Part shown: positions 1-8,610 of the stretch, in pieces
Layout: each line of letters begins with the position of its first letter
Numbering within the stretch: position 1 is the first letter of the stretch
DNA from: an uncultured Gemmatimonadales bacterium
GTDB taxonomy: Bacteria > Gemmatimonadota > Gemmatimonadetes > Longimicrobiales > RSA9
Length of the DNA: 64,000 bases
NCBI GenBank assembly: GCA_963783305.1
Contig: CAWAMW010000013.1
Coordinates: 69,487-133,486 of the forward strand
Direction of reading: 5' to 3'
The notes under the pieces: model-generated
What the model was told of the DNA's origin: nothing
Seen by the model: the letters and a program-made list of their open reading frames with translations, nothing else
Database searches by the model: none
Program-made: the position numbers and the translations under genes

Positions 1-423
1 GGCCCGGTCGGGCAGCCGCCCCATCGCCTGGGTCAGGTCCATCCGGTGGTCCGTCCGCTGACGCGGTGCCCGCGCCCGCTCCATCGCCCAATCGTCACGC
101 CTGAACCGGTCCTGCCGCTTGCCCGCCTTTTCCCGCTTCGCCAGGCAGACGTTGATCGCCAGCCGGTACAGCCAGGTTCCAAACGAGGCCCTGCCCCCGA
201 ACAGCTCCAGCTTCTGCCACGCACGGACGAAGACATCCTGCACCGTATCATCGCACAGCTCCGGCCCTACCATCCGCCCGCACAGCGTGTGGATCCTGGG
301 AACGTGCCGCCGGTACAGCCGCTCGAAGGCTCGCGTGTCGCCGGCGATCGCCAGCGCCACGTCTTCCGTGTCCGTAGTCGGCACCCCGGGTTCGGTTGTG
401 TTCATCTCGGCTAGTCTGGCCAT
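1..423 (-). CDS. ECF (sigma-70 group 4) RNA polymerase sigma factor, runs off the left window edge
   Basis: Not in the ORF track; read manually: (MARLAE)MNTTEPG...LAIAGDTRAFERLYRRH...DDTVQDVFVRAWQKLELFGGRASFGTWLYRLAINVCL...LTQAMGRLPDRA, a typical sigma region 2 plus the start of region 4. Alternative start ATG at 405. Confidence 0.9.
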   Translation of the reverse strand, partial: MARLAEMNTTEPGVPTTDTEDVALAIAGDTRAFERLYRRHVPRIHTLCGRMVGPELCDDTVQDVFVRAWQKLELFGGRASFGTWLYRLAINVCLAKREKAGKRQDRFRRDDWAMERARAPRQRTDHRMDLTQAMGRLPDRA

Positions 424-434
424 TACACACGGTG

Positions 435-461
435 AGACAGCACGCGGGACGGAAAGGTTGG
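435..461 (-). promoter_or_regulatory. possible ECF-type promoter upstream of the first sigma gene
   Basis: Minus strand CCAACC-N17-GTCT resembles the ECF AAC/GTC consensus and lies just upstream of the ATG at 423. Confidence 0.35.
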
Positions 462-552
462 AAACGAATGTAGTATTGGCGGCGAGCGCGCCATACCCTC
501 GTGCCGGGAACCCGGGACCGCGGAAGGCGAGGACGGACCCCCCATACAACAA

Positions 553-581
553 GGGCCCGTCCGCTTTCCACGGACGGGCCC
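553..581 (-). terminator. intrinsic terminator after the second ECF sigma gene
   Basis: 11-bp perfect stem GGGCCCGTCCG/CGGACGGGCCC with a 7-nt loop, followed on the minus strand by TTGTTGT. Confidence 0.7.
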
Positions 582-602
582 GGAGCACTGCGGCGGCTTG
601 GC

Positions 603-1223
603 CTAGTTGAGCAGCGGCTCGATCATCTCGGCAAAGCTGGTGCGCGCCCGATGCAGCCGGCTCTTCACCGTACCGAGGTTTACCCCGGTAATGTCGGCGA
701 TCTCCTCATAGCTCTTGCCCTCCAGCTCACGCAGCCGGAAGACCAGCTGATGGTGCTCCGGCAGCTTCGAGACCGTCTTCTCGACCACCTCTTCCAGGTA
801 CCGGTTCCGATACAGCTTGTCCGGCTTCATGTTCGAATCCTCGAACTGCAGCGCGCGGTGGTCCGGCTCCCAGTTCGTGGTGAGCTTCTGGAACAGCACA
901 AGCGGACTCCGCGAGCGGTTCCGCAGCTCGTTCTTCGCCAGGTTCGAGCAGATCGTGTAGATCCACGTCGAGAACTTCTTGGACTGGTCGAAGCGGTGCA
1001 GGTGCCGCGTGACCCGCACGAACGCCTCCTGCACCAGGTCCTCCGCCCGATCCCCATCGCCCGTCTTGCGGCGGATGAAGTGCACCAGTCGGTCCCGATA
1101 CCGGTTGTAGAGTTCGCTGAAGGCCAGTGGATGCCCATCCAGATGGGCCGCCACGAGCTCGCTGTCGCTCATGTCGAGCAGCGACACGGTCTGCTGCTTG
1201 TCCTCGGACATCATAGTGGCCAT
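603..1223 (-). CDS. ECF RNA polymerase sigma factor (RpoE-like)
   Basis: AEDLVQEAFVR..FSTWIYTICSNLAKN (region 2) and LRELEGKSYEEIADITGVNLGTVKSRLHRAR (region 4). GGGAGG SD before ATG 1223. Confidence 0.95.
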   Translation of the reverse strand: MATMMSEDKQQTVSLLDMSDSELVAAHLDGHPLAFSELYNRYRDRLVHFIRRKTGDGDRAEDLVQEAFVRVTRHLHRFDQSKKFSTWIYTICSNLAKNELRNRSRSPLVLFQKLTTNWEPDHRALQFEDSNMKPDKLYRNRYLEEVVEKTVSKLPEHHQLVFRLRELEGKSYEEIADITGVNLGTVKSRLHRARTSFAEMIEPLLN

Positions 1224-1350
1224 TCGCGCCTCCCAATCGTTGGAACAGGGAAGCACCCGCATACGAGTGCTCCCCTGCCGGTCGTTCAAGAAAAAACCGG
1301 TTCCAGACCAGCGTCACGAAACCGGTGAGCGTTCCTTCAATCTACATTGA

Positions 1351-1379
1351 AATATAAGAAGAGGCGCGGACCGATGCAA
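1351..1379 (-). promoter_or_regulatory. sigma70-type promoter for the ECF gene
   Basis: Minus strand TTGCAT-N17-TATATT in an AT-rich patch. Confidence 0.6.
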
Positions 1380-1444
1380 GGGGTTGTTTCGACTTACGTT
1401 GAAATGAGGTAAGACGTTGTGCGCCAAGGTTTTGGACGTAGTAT

Positions 1445-1547
1445 GGTCGAGGGTCGATCCCTTCGGTACCCGCGGGCGCGGGGGTTGATGCTCGTGGGTC
1501 GCTCCGCGTCCCGGGGGCCCCGCTGGCGTGGGGGTCGATCGCCCGCG
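1445..1547 (+). repeat. dispersed REP-like palindromic repeat, copy 1 (composite)
   Basis: Core GGTCGAGGGTCGATCCCTTCGG (1445-1466) is identical at 8837-8858 and, inverted, at 41259-41280. The downstream CCCGCTGG..GGGGGTCGATCGCCCGCG segment is also shared. Confidence 0.8.
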
Positions 1548-1591
1548 ACCGATCGCCTCCCGCCCCACCGCCAGTTCAGCGATCTGCCGCT

Positions 1592-2116
1592 CTAGGACTC
1601 GTCGAGCTCCGGCTCGAGGGTCATCTGCATGACGCGGCCCTCGAGGCGGCGGTCCCGGCTCTCGACGTTCGCCACATCATCCAGTCGCTCAGCCACCTCA
1701 TCCAGGACGCGCTGACCGTTCTCGGGCCTGCGCATCTCACGGCGACGGAACCGTACGGTGATCCGGACGTGCTTGCCCTTCTTGAGGAAGCGGCGTGCGT
1801 TGCGGACCTTGAAGTCGAGGTCGTGGTCGTCGGTCTTGGGGCGGAACTTCACTTCCTTGAGTTCGTACGTGTGCTGTTTCTTCTTGGCCTCTTTGGCGGC
1901 CTTCTGCTGCTCGTACTGGTACTTGCCCCAGTCCATGATCCGTACGACGGGGGGGCGGGCCCTGGGGGCCACCTCGACGAGATCGAGGCTGGCTGTTGCG
2001 GCGCGCTCCCTGGCTTCGTCGAGCGGAACGATACCGACCTGCTCGCCTTCCGGGTCGATGAGTCGAACGGGACTGATGCGGATGTCGTCGTTTACGCGGG
2101 TTTTGGTCGTGCCTAT
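1592..2116 (-). CDS. infC: translation initiation factor IF-3
   Basis: RVNDDIR..VRLID..GEQVGIV..DLVEVAPRARPPVVRIMDWGKYQYE..KEVKFRP..DDHD. The frame extends upstream of the ORF-track call to an ATA at 2116 with GGGAGG 5 nt upstream. Confidence 0.95.
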   Translation of the reverse strand: MGTTKTRVNDDIRISPVRLIDPEGEQVGIVPLDEARERAATASLDLVEVAPRARPPVVRIMDWGKYQYEQQKAAKEAKKKQHTYELKEVKFRPKTDDHDLDFKVRNARRFLKKGKHVRITVRFRRREMRRPENGQRVLDEVAERLDDVANVESRDRRLEGRVMQMTLEPELDES

Positions 2117-2162
2117 GAGATCCTCCCTTGTGGGGTTGAGTGGTCCACGGGGGAAAGGTGTG

Positions 2163-3047
2163 TCAACCTTCGTGCCGTGGCTCGGGTAGAGCGACGCAGT
2201 TCAGGATGCCGCCCACCGGATTGAAGGTGAGCCACCGTCGCCCGTGAGACAACTGCTGGCGGGTGGAGGGTGAGCAGAGGGTGGAGACCGAGTCGCCTTC
2301 GACCACGAGCGCGGTCTCGCCGGCAGCGATGAGCCGGAAGCTGTGTGTGCCGGCGGGGACGGTGAGGACGAGGTCGAGGGGCGGGGCCGCGGGGCGGATC
2401 TCGAGGCGGTCCGGGACCCCCACGGAAACGGAGAGGGGCCGACTGCTCAGGACGCGGAACGGTCCGACCTCGATGCGAACGCTGATGGATGCGATGTTGG
2501 CGAGCTCCGGCAGACGGACGACTGCGGGTGCGAGGTCGCGGGTGAAGGTGGTGAAGAGCGACGGGTGGGGCGCCTCCGCCTCGACTGGCAGGAGCGCGTC
2601 CTCACGGCCGCCGTAGTCCATGGCCTCAGGGCCGTAGTCGATGGCCTGACGGCGGGGGTCCACGGCCTCTCCCCACGCGAAGGTGCGTGCGCGGGTGTGG
2701 CTGGACATCGTCTCGCCCATGGGTCGGCCGGGGAGCCGCACCTGGACCCAGACCTCGTCGGGGACGGCGACCATGTAGTCGACAGGGCCGTCGCCTGCGG
2801 CGGTGAGGGTGAGCGCATCGTGCTCGGCGAGTCCAGCGGCCGTGAAGCCCCTGGGCGCGCGGCTCGCTACCCGAACCGACCCGGGGCCTCCCCGTATGAC
2901 CCTGAGGGTGCCAGCGCTCTCGGCATCGACGTAGATGGTCAGCCGGCTGCCGGCGAAGGCGAAGCTCTCACGTGAAACCTGCCATTCCTGCGCGGCCGCG
3001 GCCGACGGCCCCAGCAGGGCGAGGATGGCGATCAGGATGGTTCTCAT
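2163..3047 (-). CDS. hypothetical exported protein
   Basis: Signal peptide MRTILIAILALLGPSAAAA-Q, beta-rich mature part, co-oriented downstream of the PBP operon. Confidence 0.7.
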   Translation of the reverse strand: MRTILIAILALLGPSAAAAQEWQVSRESFAFAGSRLTIYVDAESAGTLRVIRGGPGSVRVASRAPRGFTAAGLAEHDALTLTAAGDGPVDYMVAVPDEVWVQVRLPGRPMGETMSSHTRARTFAWGEAVDPRRQAIDYGPEAMDYGGREDALLPVEAEAPHPSLFTTFTRDLAPAVVRLPELANIASISVRIEVGPFRVLSSRPLSVSVGVPDRLEIRPAAPPLDLVLTVPAGTHSFRLIAAGETALVVEGDSVSTLCSPSTRQQLSHGRRWLTFNPVGGILNCVALPEPRHEG

Positions 3048-3121
3048 GGCGTTATCTCTACCGGGCGCTCAGGTCTGTGGATGATAGCCCGTGCCGGCGG
3101 AGATGTTCCGAGCTCGCTCCG

Positions 3122-3676
3122 TCAGGTGGCGCCGACGCCCGAATCGGCTGATGCCGTGCCGGCGGCCTCTTCATCGACCAGCTTGAACGAGCGCACGACC
3201 GTCCAGCTGTCCGAGCCGGGGCTCCGGGACAGGACGTCGGATGCGATCTCATCGGTCATGGCCGGGTCCGACTCGCGGAGGACGCCCCGGACGTTGACGG
3301 TGTCCCCCTTCCGTATCCTGCGGGCGGAGTCCACGCGCAGGAGGGTGGACTCGGCGAGGATCCAGAACGCGTCATTGCCGGTGGCGAGGACTTCTCCGTC
3401 TGCCAGGACCGTCTCACCGAGGTGCTCCTCACTCAGGGGGAGAAGGTCGGCGACGCTGGGGGTCGCCGGTGCGGTGGCCGCACCGGGGCCGAGACTCGGG
3501 ATGCGGGCGGGTGGGAGGGTGTCGGCCGCGGTCGGCGGCAGCTCCAGTCCCTCCGGCTCTTCCGGTGACCGGAGGAGTGCGGTCGCACCCCACGCGAGGA
3601 GGGCCAGCAGAACGACGCCGAGCAGCCAGGGCCAGCGGAAGGCGCGCTTCTTCTCCACGTCGATCCTACGCATCAT
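3122..3676 (-). CDS. membrane-anchored hypothetical protein (possible OB-fold C-terminus)
   Basis: Single N-terminal TM (WPWLLGVVLLALLAWG) and a Pro-rich linker. The start overlaps the PBP stop (ATGA). Confidence 0.7.
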   Translation of the reverse strand: MMRRIDVEKKRAFRWPWLLGVVLLALLAWGATALLRSPEEPEGLELPPTAADTLPPARIPSLGPGAATAPATPSVADLLPLSEEHLGETVLADGEVLATGNDAFWILAESTLLRVDSARRIRKGDTVNVRGVLRESDPAMTDEIASDVLSRSPGSDSWTVVRSFKLVDEEAAGTASADSGVGAT

Positions 3677-6099
3677 CGTCCTCCCAGATCAGCGGGCGGT
3701 GCCGGTGTGGAGTCCGGCGGGCTCTCGCCCACCGGGCGGCCCACGAGCGTGTCCTCGGGGAGCGGTCGCGGTGTGGTGTCCGGCCGCTGGGGCCGGAGTC
3801 GAATGGTGTCCCGCGGCGTTGGATTCATGCGGATGGTATCGCGGCGGATCGTGTCGGGGCGGACCGGATCCAGCCGGGTGTCGCGTTCGCCCATGATGAT
3901 GGTGTCTGGCCGCTGGGCCGGTGTGGTGTCACCGGCGGCGGTATCGCGCTCCTCGTCGCCGAACACGCGCTGCCGGATGCGTCCCCACCACGAGTCATCG
4001 CCCTCATAGAGTGAGTCGGCGCCGAGAGTATCGTATCCGAGGAGGTAGTCGTTGCAGCCGGCGGTGCTCACGGTCCCGCGCATGAAGTACTCCTCGTGCA
4101 GGTCGCCGACCGTGGGGCAGTTGGATGCGACGACGTTGCCGCGGGCATCCACCATGTGCTGCTCGATGCCCGGGGGCGGTGACCAGCCGCTGGATCCCGG
4201 CGCCACCTGTCTCATGATCCGGCCCCATACAGGCGCCGCGAGACGACCGCCGGTGGCGCTGGCCATGATCCGCTCCGGGTCATCCATGCCGATCCATACG
4301 CCACCCGCTATCTCGGGGGTGAAGCCGACGAACCAGACATCGGCGGACTCGTTCGTGGTGCCCGTCTTTCCCGCCGCCGGCTGGGTGAAGCCGACGGAGC
4401 GGACGGCGGCGCCGGTGCCGCGGTCCACCACGTCGCGCATGAGGCTGACCGTGAGGAAGGCGACGTCGGAGGAGAGGGCTCGCTGCGAGCGCGGCGGAAC
4501 CTGCCAGACGAGATTGCCCTGCCGATCGGTGACGCGTGTGACGAAGCGCGGCTCCGGGCGCTCGCCGAGCGTGGCGAAGGTGGCGTACGCGGCGACCATC
4601 TCCAGGAGCGTCACCTCGGCCGCGCCGATGGCGACGGACGGATACGGGGGGATATCACCGCCGATCCCGAGGCGGTGGGCCATGTCGATGACGCGGCTGA
4701 GTCCTACCTGCTCCGCCAGTCGGATGGTGGCGACGTTCTTCGAGTGGGTGAGCGCCTCCCGCATGGTGATCTCGCCGGAATAGCTGCCGCCGAAGTTCTT
4801 CGGAGACCAGCGCTGGCCGTCACGGACGGTGGTGTAGGGAGTGTCCTGGAGGATCGTGGTCAGCGGGTACCCGTTCTGGAGCGCGGCGGCGTAGACGAAC
4901 GGCTTGAACGCGCTCCCCGGCTGCCGCCGGGCCTGGATGGCGCGGTTGAACTTGGAGTCGTCGAAGTCGCGCCCGCCCACGAGCGCGAGGATATCCCCGG
5001 TCTCAGCCGCCATGATGATCGTCGCGCCCTGCAGGTAGGGGGACCCTCCGCCGCTGGCTGTGTGGGTGCTGTCAGCCATGGTCCCACCATACGTGGGGTG
5101 GGGGAAATAGCCGAATCGACCGGATTCTATGGCCTGGAGCTGCTGGCTCAGCTCGCGCTCGGCCACGGCCTGCGCGTCCAGATCGAGGGTCGTGTGAATC
5201 GTAAAGCCCTCGGTATAGACCTCGTCGCCCAGCCGCTCCTCGACGAGCTGCCGGACGGTTTCCATGAAGTACGCGGCCCGGTCGGGGCTCTCGAGTCGGC
5301 TCCGTGCCAGGTCGGGCTCGTCGTCGGCGATGTCATCCGCCTGCTGCTGGGTGATGTAGCCCTCGTCGACCATGCGGCGCAGGACGGTACGGCGGCGCTT
5401 CATCGCCCGCTCCATGCTGCTGCGGGGGTTGAGTTCCGAGGGTGCCTGCGGGAGCCCGGCCAGCAGGGCGGACTCCCCCAGCTCCAGCTGCGAGGCGGAC
5501 TTGCCGAAGTACTCCTGGGCGGCCGCCTCGATACCCCATGCGCCGCTGCCGAAGTAGATCTGGTTGAGATACAGCGCCAGGATCTCGTCCTTGGAGTACC
5601 GGCTCTCCAGCTCCCTCGCCACCTTGATCTCGCTGATCTTTCGATTCAGCGTGCGCTGGTTCGCCGGCAGTTGCTCCGGGAAGACGTTTCGCGCCACCTG
5701 CATCGTGATGGTGCTGAAGCCCTCCTCGATGCTGCCACTCCGGACGTTCCGCAGGAGAGCGCCGACCGCCCGCGACCAGTCGACGCCGCCATGGTGGAAG
5801 AAGTCCTGGTCTTCGATGGCGACGAACGCCTGCGTCACGTGCTCCGGGAGCGAGTCCAGCTCGACGATCTGGCGGTTCACACGGAACAGCTTACCGATCT
5901 CCTCATCGTCGCGATCCACGACCACGGACGCCTCATCGGGCACGAAGCCCTGCACCTGCTCGATCTCGGGGCAGCCGGCGAATCCGCACGTCTGGTATGC
6001 GGCCAGCAGCACCGCGAGCACGACCACCGCCACGGCGAAGAGCGCCACCACGATCGCGTACAGGGACAGCGGTCCACGCTTCCGGTTCTTATCGTCCAT
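3673..6099 (-). CDS. class A penicillin-binding protein (PBP1a family, transglycosylase/transpeptidase)
   Basis: TG motifs EDQDFFHHG, GFSTITMQVARN, RKISE, KDEILALYLN; TP motifs SAFK, SKN, KTG; N-terminal TM. Confidence 0.95.
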   Translation of the reverse strand: MDDKNRKRGPLSLYAIVVALFAVAVVVLAVLLAAYQTCGFAGCPEIEQVQGFVPDEASVVVDRDDEEIGKLFRVNRQIVELDSLPEHVTQAFVAIEDQDFFHHGGVDWSRAVGALLRNVRSGSIEEGFSTITMQVARNVFPEQLPANQRTLNRKISEIKVARELESRYSKDEILALYLNQIYFGSGAWGIEAAAQEYFGKSASQLELGESALLAGLPQAPSELNPRSSMERAMKRRRTVLRRMVDEGYITQQQADDIADDEPDLARSRLESPDRAAYFMETVRQLVEERLGDEVYTEGFTIHTTLDLDAQAVAERELSQQLQAIESGRFGYFPHPTYGGTMADSTHTASGGGSPYLQGATIIMAAETGDILALVGGRDFDDSKFNRAIQARRQPGSAFKPFVYAAALQNGYPLTTILQDTPYTTVRDGQRWSPKNFGGSYSGEITMREALTHSKNVATIRLAEQVGLSRVIDMAHRLGIGGDIPPYPSVAIGAAEVTLLEMVAAYATFATLGERPEPRFVTRVTDRQGNLVWQVPPRSQRALSSDVAFLTVSLMRDVVDRGTGAAVRSVGFTQPAAGKTGTTNESADVWFVGFTPEIAGGVWIGMDDPERIMASATGGRLAAPVWGRIMRQVAPGSSGWSPPPGIEQHMVDARGNVVASNCPTVGDLHEEYFMRGTVSTAGCNDYLLGYDTLGADSLYEGDDSWWGRIRQRVFGDEERDTAAGDTTPAQRPDTIIMGERDTRLDPVRPDTIRRDTIRMNPTPRDTIRLRPQRPDTTPRPLPEDTLVGRPVGESPPDSTPAPPADLGGR

Positions 6100-6148
6100 C
6101 ACGGCTCGTATTCCACTCTGTTCGGGTGATTACGGAGTCGATGCTGGG

Positions 6149-6163
6149 GCAAGTACGGTGCCG
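6149..6163 (-). promoter_or_regulatory. possible sigma54 (-24/-12) promoter for the PBP operon
   Basis: Minus strand CGGCAC-CGTAC-TTGC gives exact GG-N10-GC spacing, about 50 nt upstream of the start. Confidence 0.4.
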
Positions 6164-6245
6164 GCACGCGCCGGGGCCCCCGTTTTGCCAAACCCCCGCA
6201 TGCGTGGCTAGCTTTAACTGGACCCTACCCGGACGGAGCCCCCCA

Positions 6246-7187
6246 ATGACCCGATACACCGAAGACGAGCTCAAGCGTAAAGTCCAGGACGGCTACATCC
6301 TGGAGTCACCGGACGAGATGACGCCCGGCTACCTGAAGGCTCTCACGATCCAGCTGCTGGTGCAGGGCGACACCGAGCTGATGAGCGCGCCCGCCTACTG
6401 GGGCGCCGCCCAGGACGCGCCCTCCACGAACACCATGGTGAGCGCGGTAGCCATCATCCAGGACGAGCTGGCACACGCGAACATCGCCTATCGGCTGCTG
6501 GAGGACATGGGGCAGGACAAGGAGCACCTGCTCTACGGCCGTGAGCCCCACGAATTCAAGCACCCGTACGGCTTCGACCAGCCGCTCGAGAACTGGGCGG
6601 AGCTGGTCACGGCAAACGGGTTCTTCGACCGAGCCGGAATCACCCTGCTGGGGGACGTGCACCGGAACACGAGCTACGGACCGCTCAAGCGGGCGCTGGT
6701 GAAGGTGGACATGGAGGAGACCTTCCACCTGCGACATGGTGAAGTCTGGATGCGCCGGCTGGCGGCGGCGGGCGGTGATGCGCGGGAGAAGCTCCAGCGG
6801 TCCGTGGACTGGATGTTCCCGATGACCATCGAGTGGTTCGGGCTGCCGGACGAGCTGAAGCGCCACAGCGATCAGCTGGATTACCGCCTCAAGGGGATGA
6901 CGAACGACGAGCTGCGGCAGACGTGGATGGCGTCCACGGTCCCGCTCTGCGAATCCATCGGGATCGACATCCCGGCGCACTATGACGAGCAGAAGGAGCA
7001 GTACATCCTCGACTATCCGTTCCCGTGTCAATACGACGCGGCGGCCAAGCACTGGGACTTCACCGGTGGCGAGATCGGCTGGGACGTGGTGTTCGAGCGC
7101 TGGAAGGGACGCGGTCCCATGAACGAGCGCTATGTCGAGAGCATCCGCAAGAGCCACGGCGCCATGAATCGGATGATGGCGGCTTGA
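6246..7187 (+). CDS. PaaA-family diiron oxygenase/epoxidase catalytic subunit (divergent)
   Basis: Ferritin-like ligands DTE, QDELAH, FDRAG, EETFH; WMFP..EWFG and TNDELRQ motifs as in the PaaA family. Confidence 0.8.
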   Translation: MTRYTEDELKRKVQDGYILESPDEMTPGYLKALTIQLLVQGDTELMSAPAYWGAAQDAPSTNTMVSAVAIIQDELAHANIAYRLLEDMGQDKEHLLYGREPHEFKHPYGFDQPLENWAELVTANGFFDRAGITLLGDVHRNTSYGPLKRALVKVDMEETFHLRHGEVWMRRLAAAGGDAREKLQRSVDWMFPMTIEWFGLPDELKRHSDQLDYRLKGMTNDELRQTWMASTVPLCESIGIDIPAHYDEQKEQYILDYPFPCQYDAAAKHWDFTGGEIGWDVVFERWKGRGPMNERYVESIRKSHGAMNRMMAA

Positions 7188-7600
7188 GTGCCCCCGCCCC
7201 GCTGGGGGTGCGGGGCCCCGCACTGAACGCCGCGGTGGGCGCTCCGCTCCTGGACCACGTCGTGGTCCGACCGGGCCTGGAGGGCTACTGGCGTGCGCTG
7301 AAGGAGGTCCTCGATCCGGAGCTCCCCATCAGCGTGGTGGACATGGGCCTGATCTACGACATACGGGAGCGAGCGGGTGAGGCGGGCGTGGGGGCGGTGG
7401 CGCTGGACGTCACGATGACGTTCACGGCCACGGCGTGTCCCTGCATGGAGCTCATGCTCATGGATATCCGCGACCGGCTCCTGGAAGAGCCAGGGGTCGT
7501 GGCGGTGGAGATCGAGGTCGTCTGGGACCCGCCGTGGACGCGGGGTATGATCACGGACGAAGGGCGAGTGAAGTTGCGGACGTACGGAGTGGCGAGCTAG
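7184..7600 (+). CDS. PaaD/SufT-like (DUF59) metal-sulfur cluster assembly protein
   Basis: ALKEVLDPELPISVVDMGLIY..MTFTATACP..VWDPPWT. Start uncertain (TTG overlapping the upstream stop, or a later GTG). Confidence 0.85.
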   Translation: MSAPAPLGVRGPALNAAVGAPLLDHVVVRPGLEGYWRALKEVLDPELPISVVDMGLIYDIRERAGEAGVGAVALDVTMTFTATACPCMELMLMDIRDRLLEEPGVVAVEIEVVWDPPWTRGMITDEGRVKLRTYGVAS

Positions 7601-7608
7601 GGGGCAGA

Positions 7609-7815
7609 ATGGTGTTCGAGGTGTTCGCGAGAAAGAGTCGCGGGGAGCCGCTGAGGCATATCGGCAACCTGAACGCTCCGGACGTGGAGCTGGCGAAGGT
7701 GTATGCCTTCAACACCTACGACGAGGAGCGGTGGTTCGACATGTACGTGGTGCCACGCGAGCAGCTCGCAGAGGTGTTCACGGTGGATCGGGGCGAGCCG
7801 GCGGAGGTGCAATGA
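7609..7815 (+). CDS. PaaB-like small subunit
   Basis: FEVFARK....HIGNLNAPDVELAKVYA...Y.E......VVPR matches the PaaB pattern. Confidence 0.8.
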   Translation: MVFEVFARKSRGEPLRHIGNLNAPDVELAKVYAFNTYDEERWFDMYVVPREQLAEVFTVDRGEPAEVQ

Positions 7816-8606
7816 CGACGGGAACGGCGCGGGAGCTGGATGAGGCGACGCTGGAGGCAGTGAGGGATCTGATCCTGGTGCTGGCCGACAGCAAGCGGCT
7901 TCTGGGCTATCGGTATGCGGAGTGGATGCTGGGTGCGCCCGAGCTGGAAACGGGGATCGCGTGCTCGTCGATGGCGCAGGACGAGTGGGGCCACGCGCGT
8001 CTCCTGTACGCGCTGCTGAAGGGGTTCGACGATGACGTCGAGGGGCTGGAGCACGGGCGTGAGCCGGCGGGATATCGGAACATGTCGGTGCTGGACGAGC
8101 CCACGGAGAGCTGGACGGACGTGGTGGCGCTGATGACGGTGACCGACGGCGCGCTGTCGGTCCAGTTCGAGTCGTTGCAGAGCTCGACGTACGAGCCTCT
8201 GCGACAGAGGGTGGAAAAGCTGCTGGATGAGGAGAAGTTCCACGCTGCCCATGGCGCCGCGTGGTTCCGCCGGCTGGCGGCGGGCACGGAAGCGAGCCGG
8301 ACTGCGCTGCGGGAATCGGTGCTGCGGGTACTTCCCCCGGTGCTGGCCTGGTTCGGTCCCGATTCGGAGCGGAGTGTCATGCTGAAGTCGGCGGGTGTGG
8401 TGAGCGAGGCGGGAGCAGCTCTGCGGGACCGGCTGCTGAACCGTCTGGCTCCTCTCCTGGACCTGGTGGATGTGGAGCGTCCGGAGGAGGATGTCCCCGC
8501 CGATTTCGACGAGGCGCGGCGGCGGGCGGGCGGCGGTGGCCCGAATGCCGACACGATCCGCCGCGTCCGAGGGGACCACAACCGCGATTTCCTCATGGAG
8601 AGCTGA
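7812..8606 (+). CDS. PaaC-like ferritin-fold subunit
   Basis: LADSKRLLGYRYAEWMLGAPELE..QDEWGHAR..EEKFH; ATGA overlap with the PaaB-like gene. Confidence 0.85.
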   Translation: MTTGTARELDEATLEAVRDLILVLADSKRLLGYRYAEWMLGAPELETGIACSSMAQDEWGHARLLYALLKGFDDDVEGLEHGREPAGYRNMSVLDEPTESWTDVVALMTVTDGALSVQFESLQSSTYEPLRQRVEKLLDEEKFHAAHGAAWFRRLAAGTEASRTALRESVLRVLPPVLAWFGPDSERSVMLKSAGVVSEAGAALRDRLLNRLAPLLDLVDVERPEEDVPADFDEARRRAGGGGPNADTIRRVRGDHNRDFLMES

Positions 8607-8610
8607 GGTC

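Noticed and set aside
1314-1568. Short ORFs sharing the peptide PKGSTLD (also 8805-8993 and 41070-41558)
   Set aside because: The shared peptide is only the translation of the dispersed DNA repeat; there is no other coding evidence.
2138-2166. TTGACA upstream of infC as a sigma70 promoter
   Set aside because: No acceptable -10 hexamer at 16-18 nt spacing, and the hexamer overlaps the upstream gene's stop codon.
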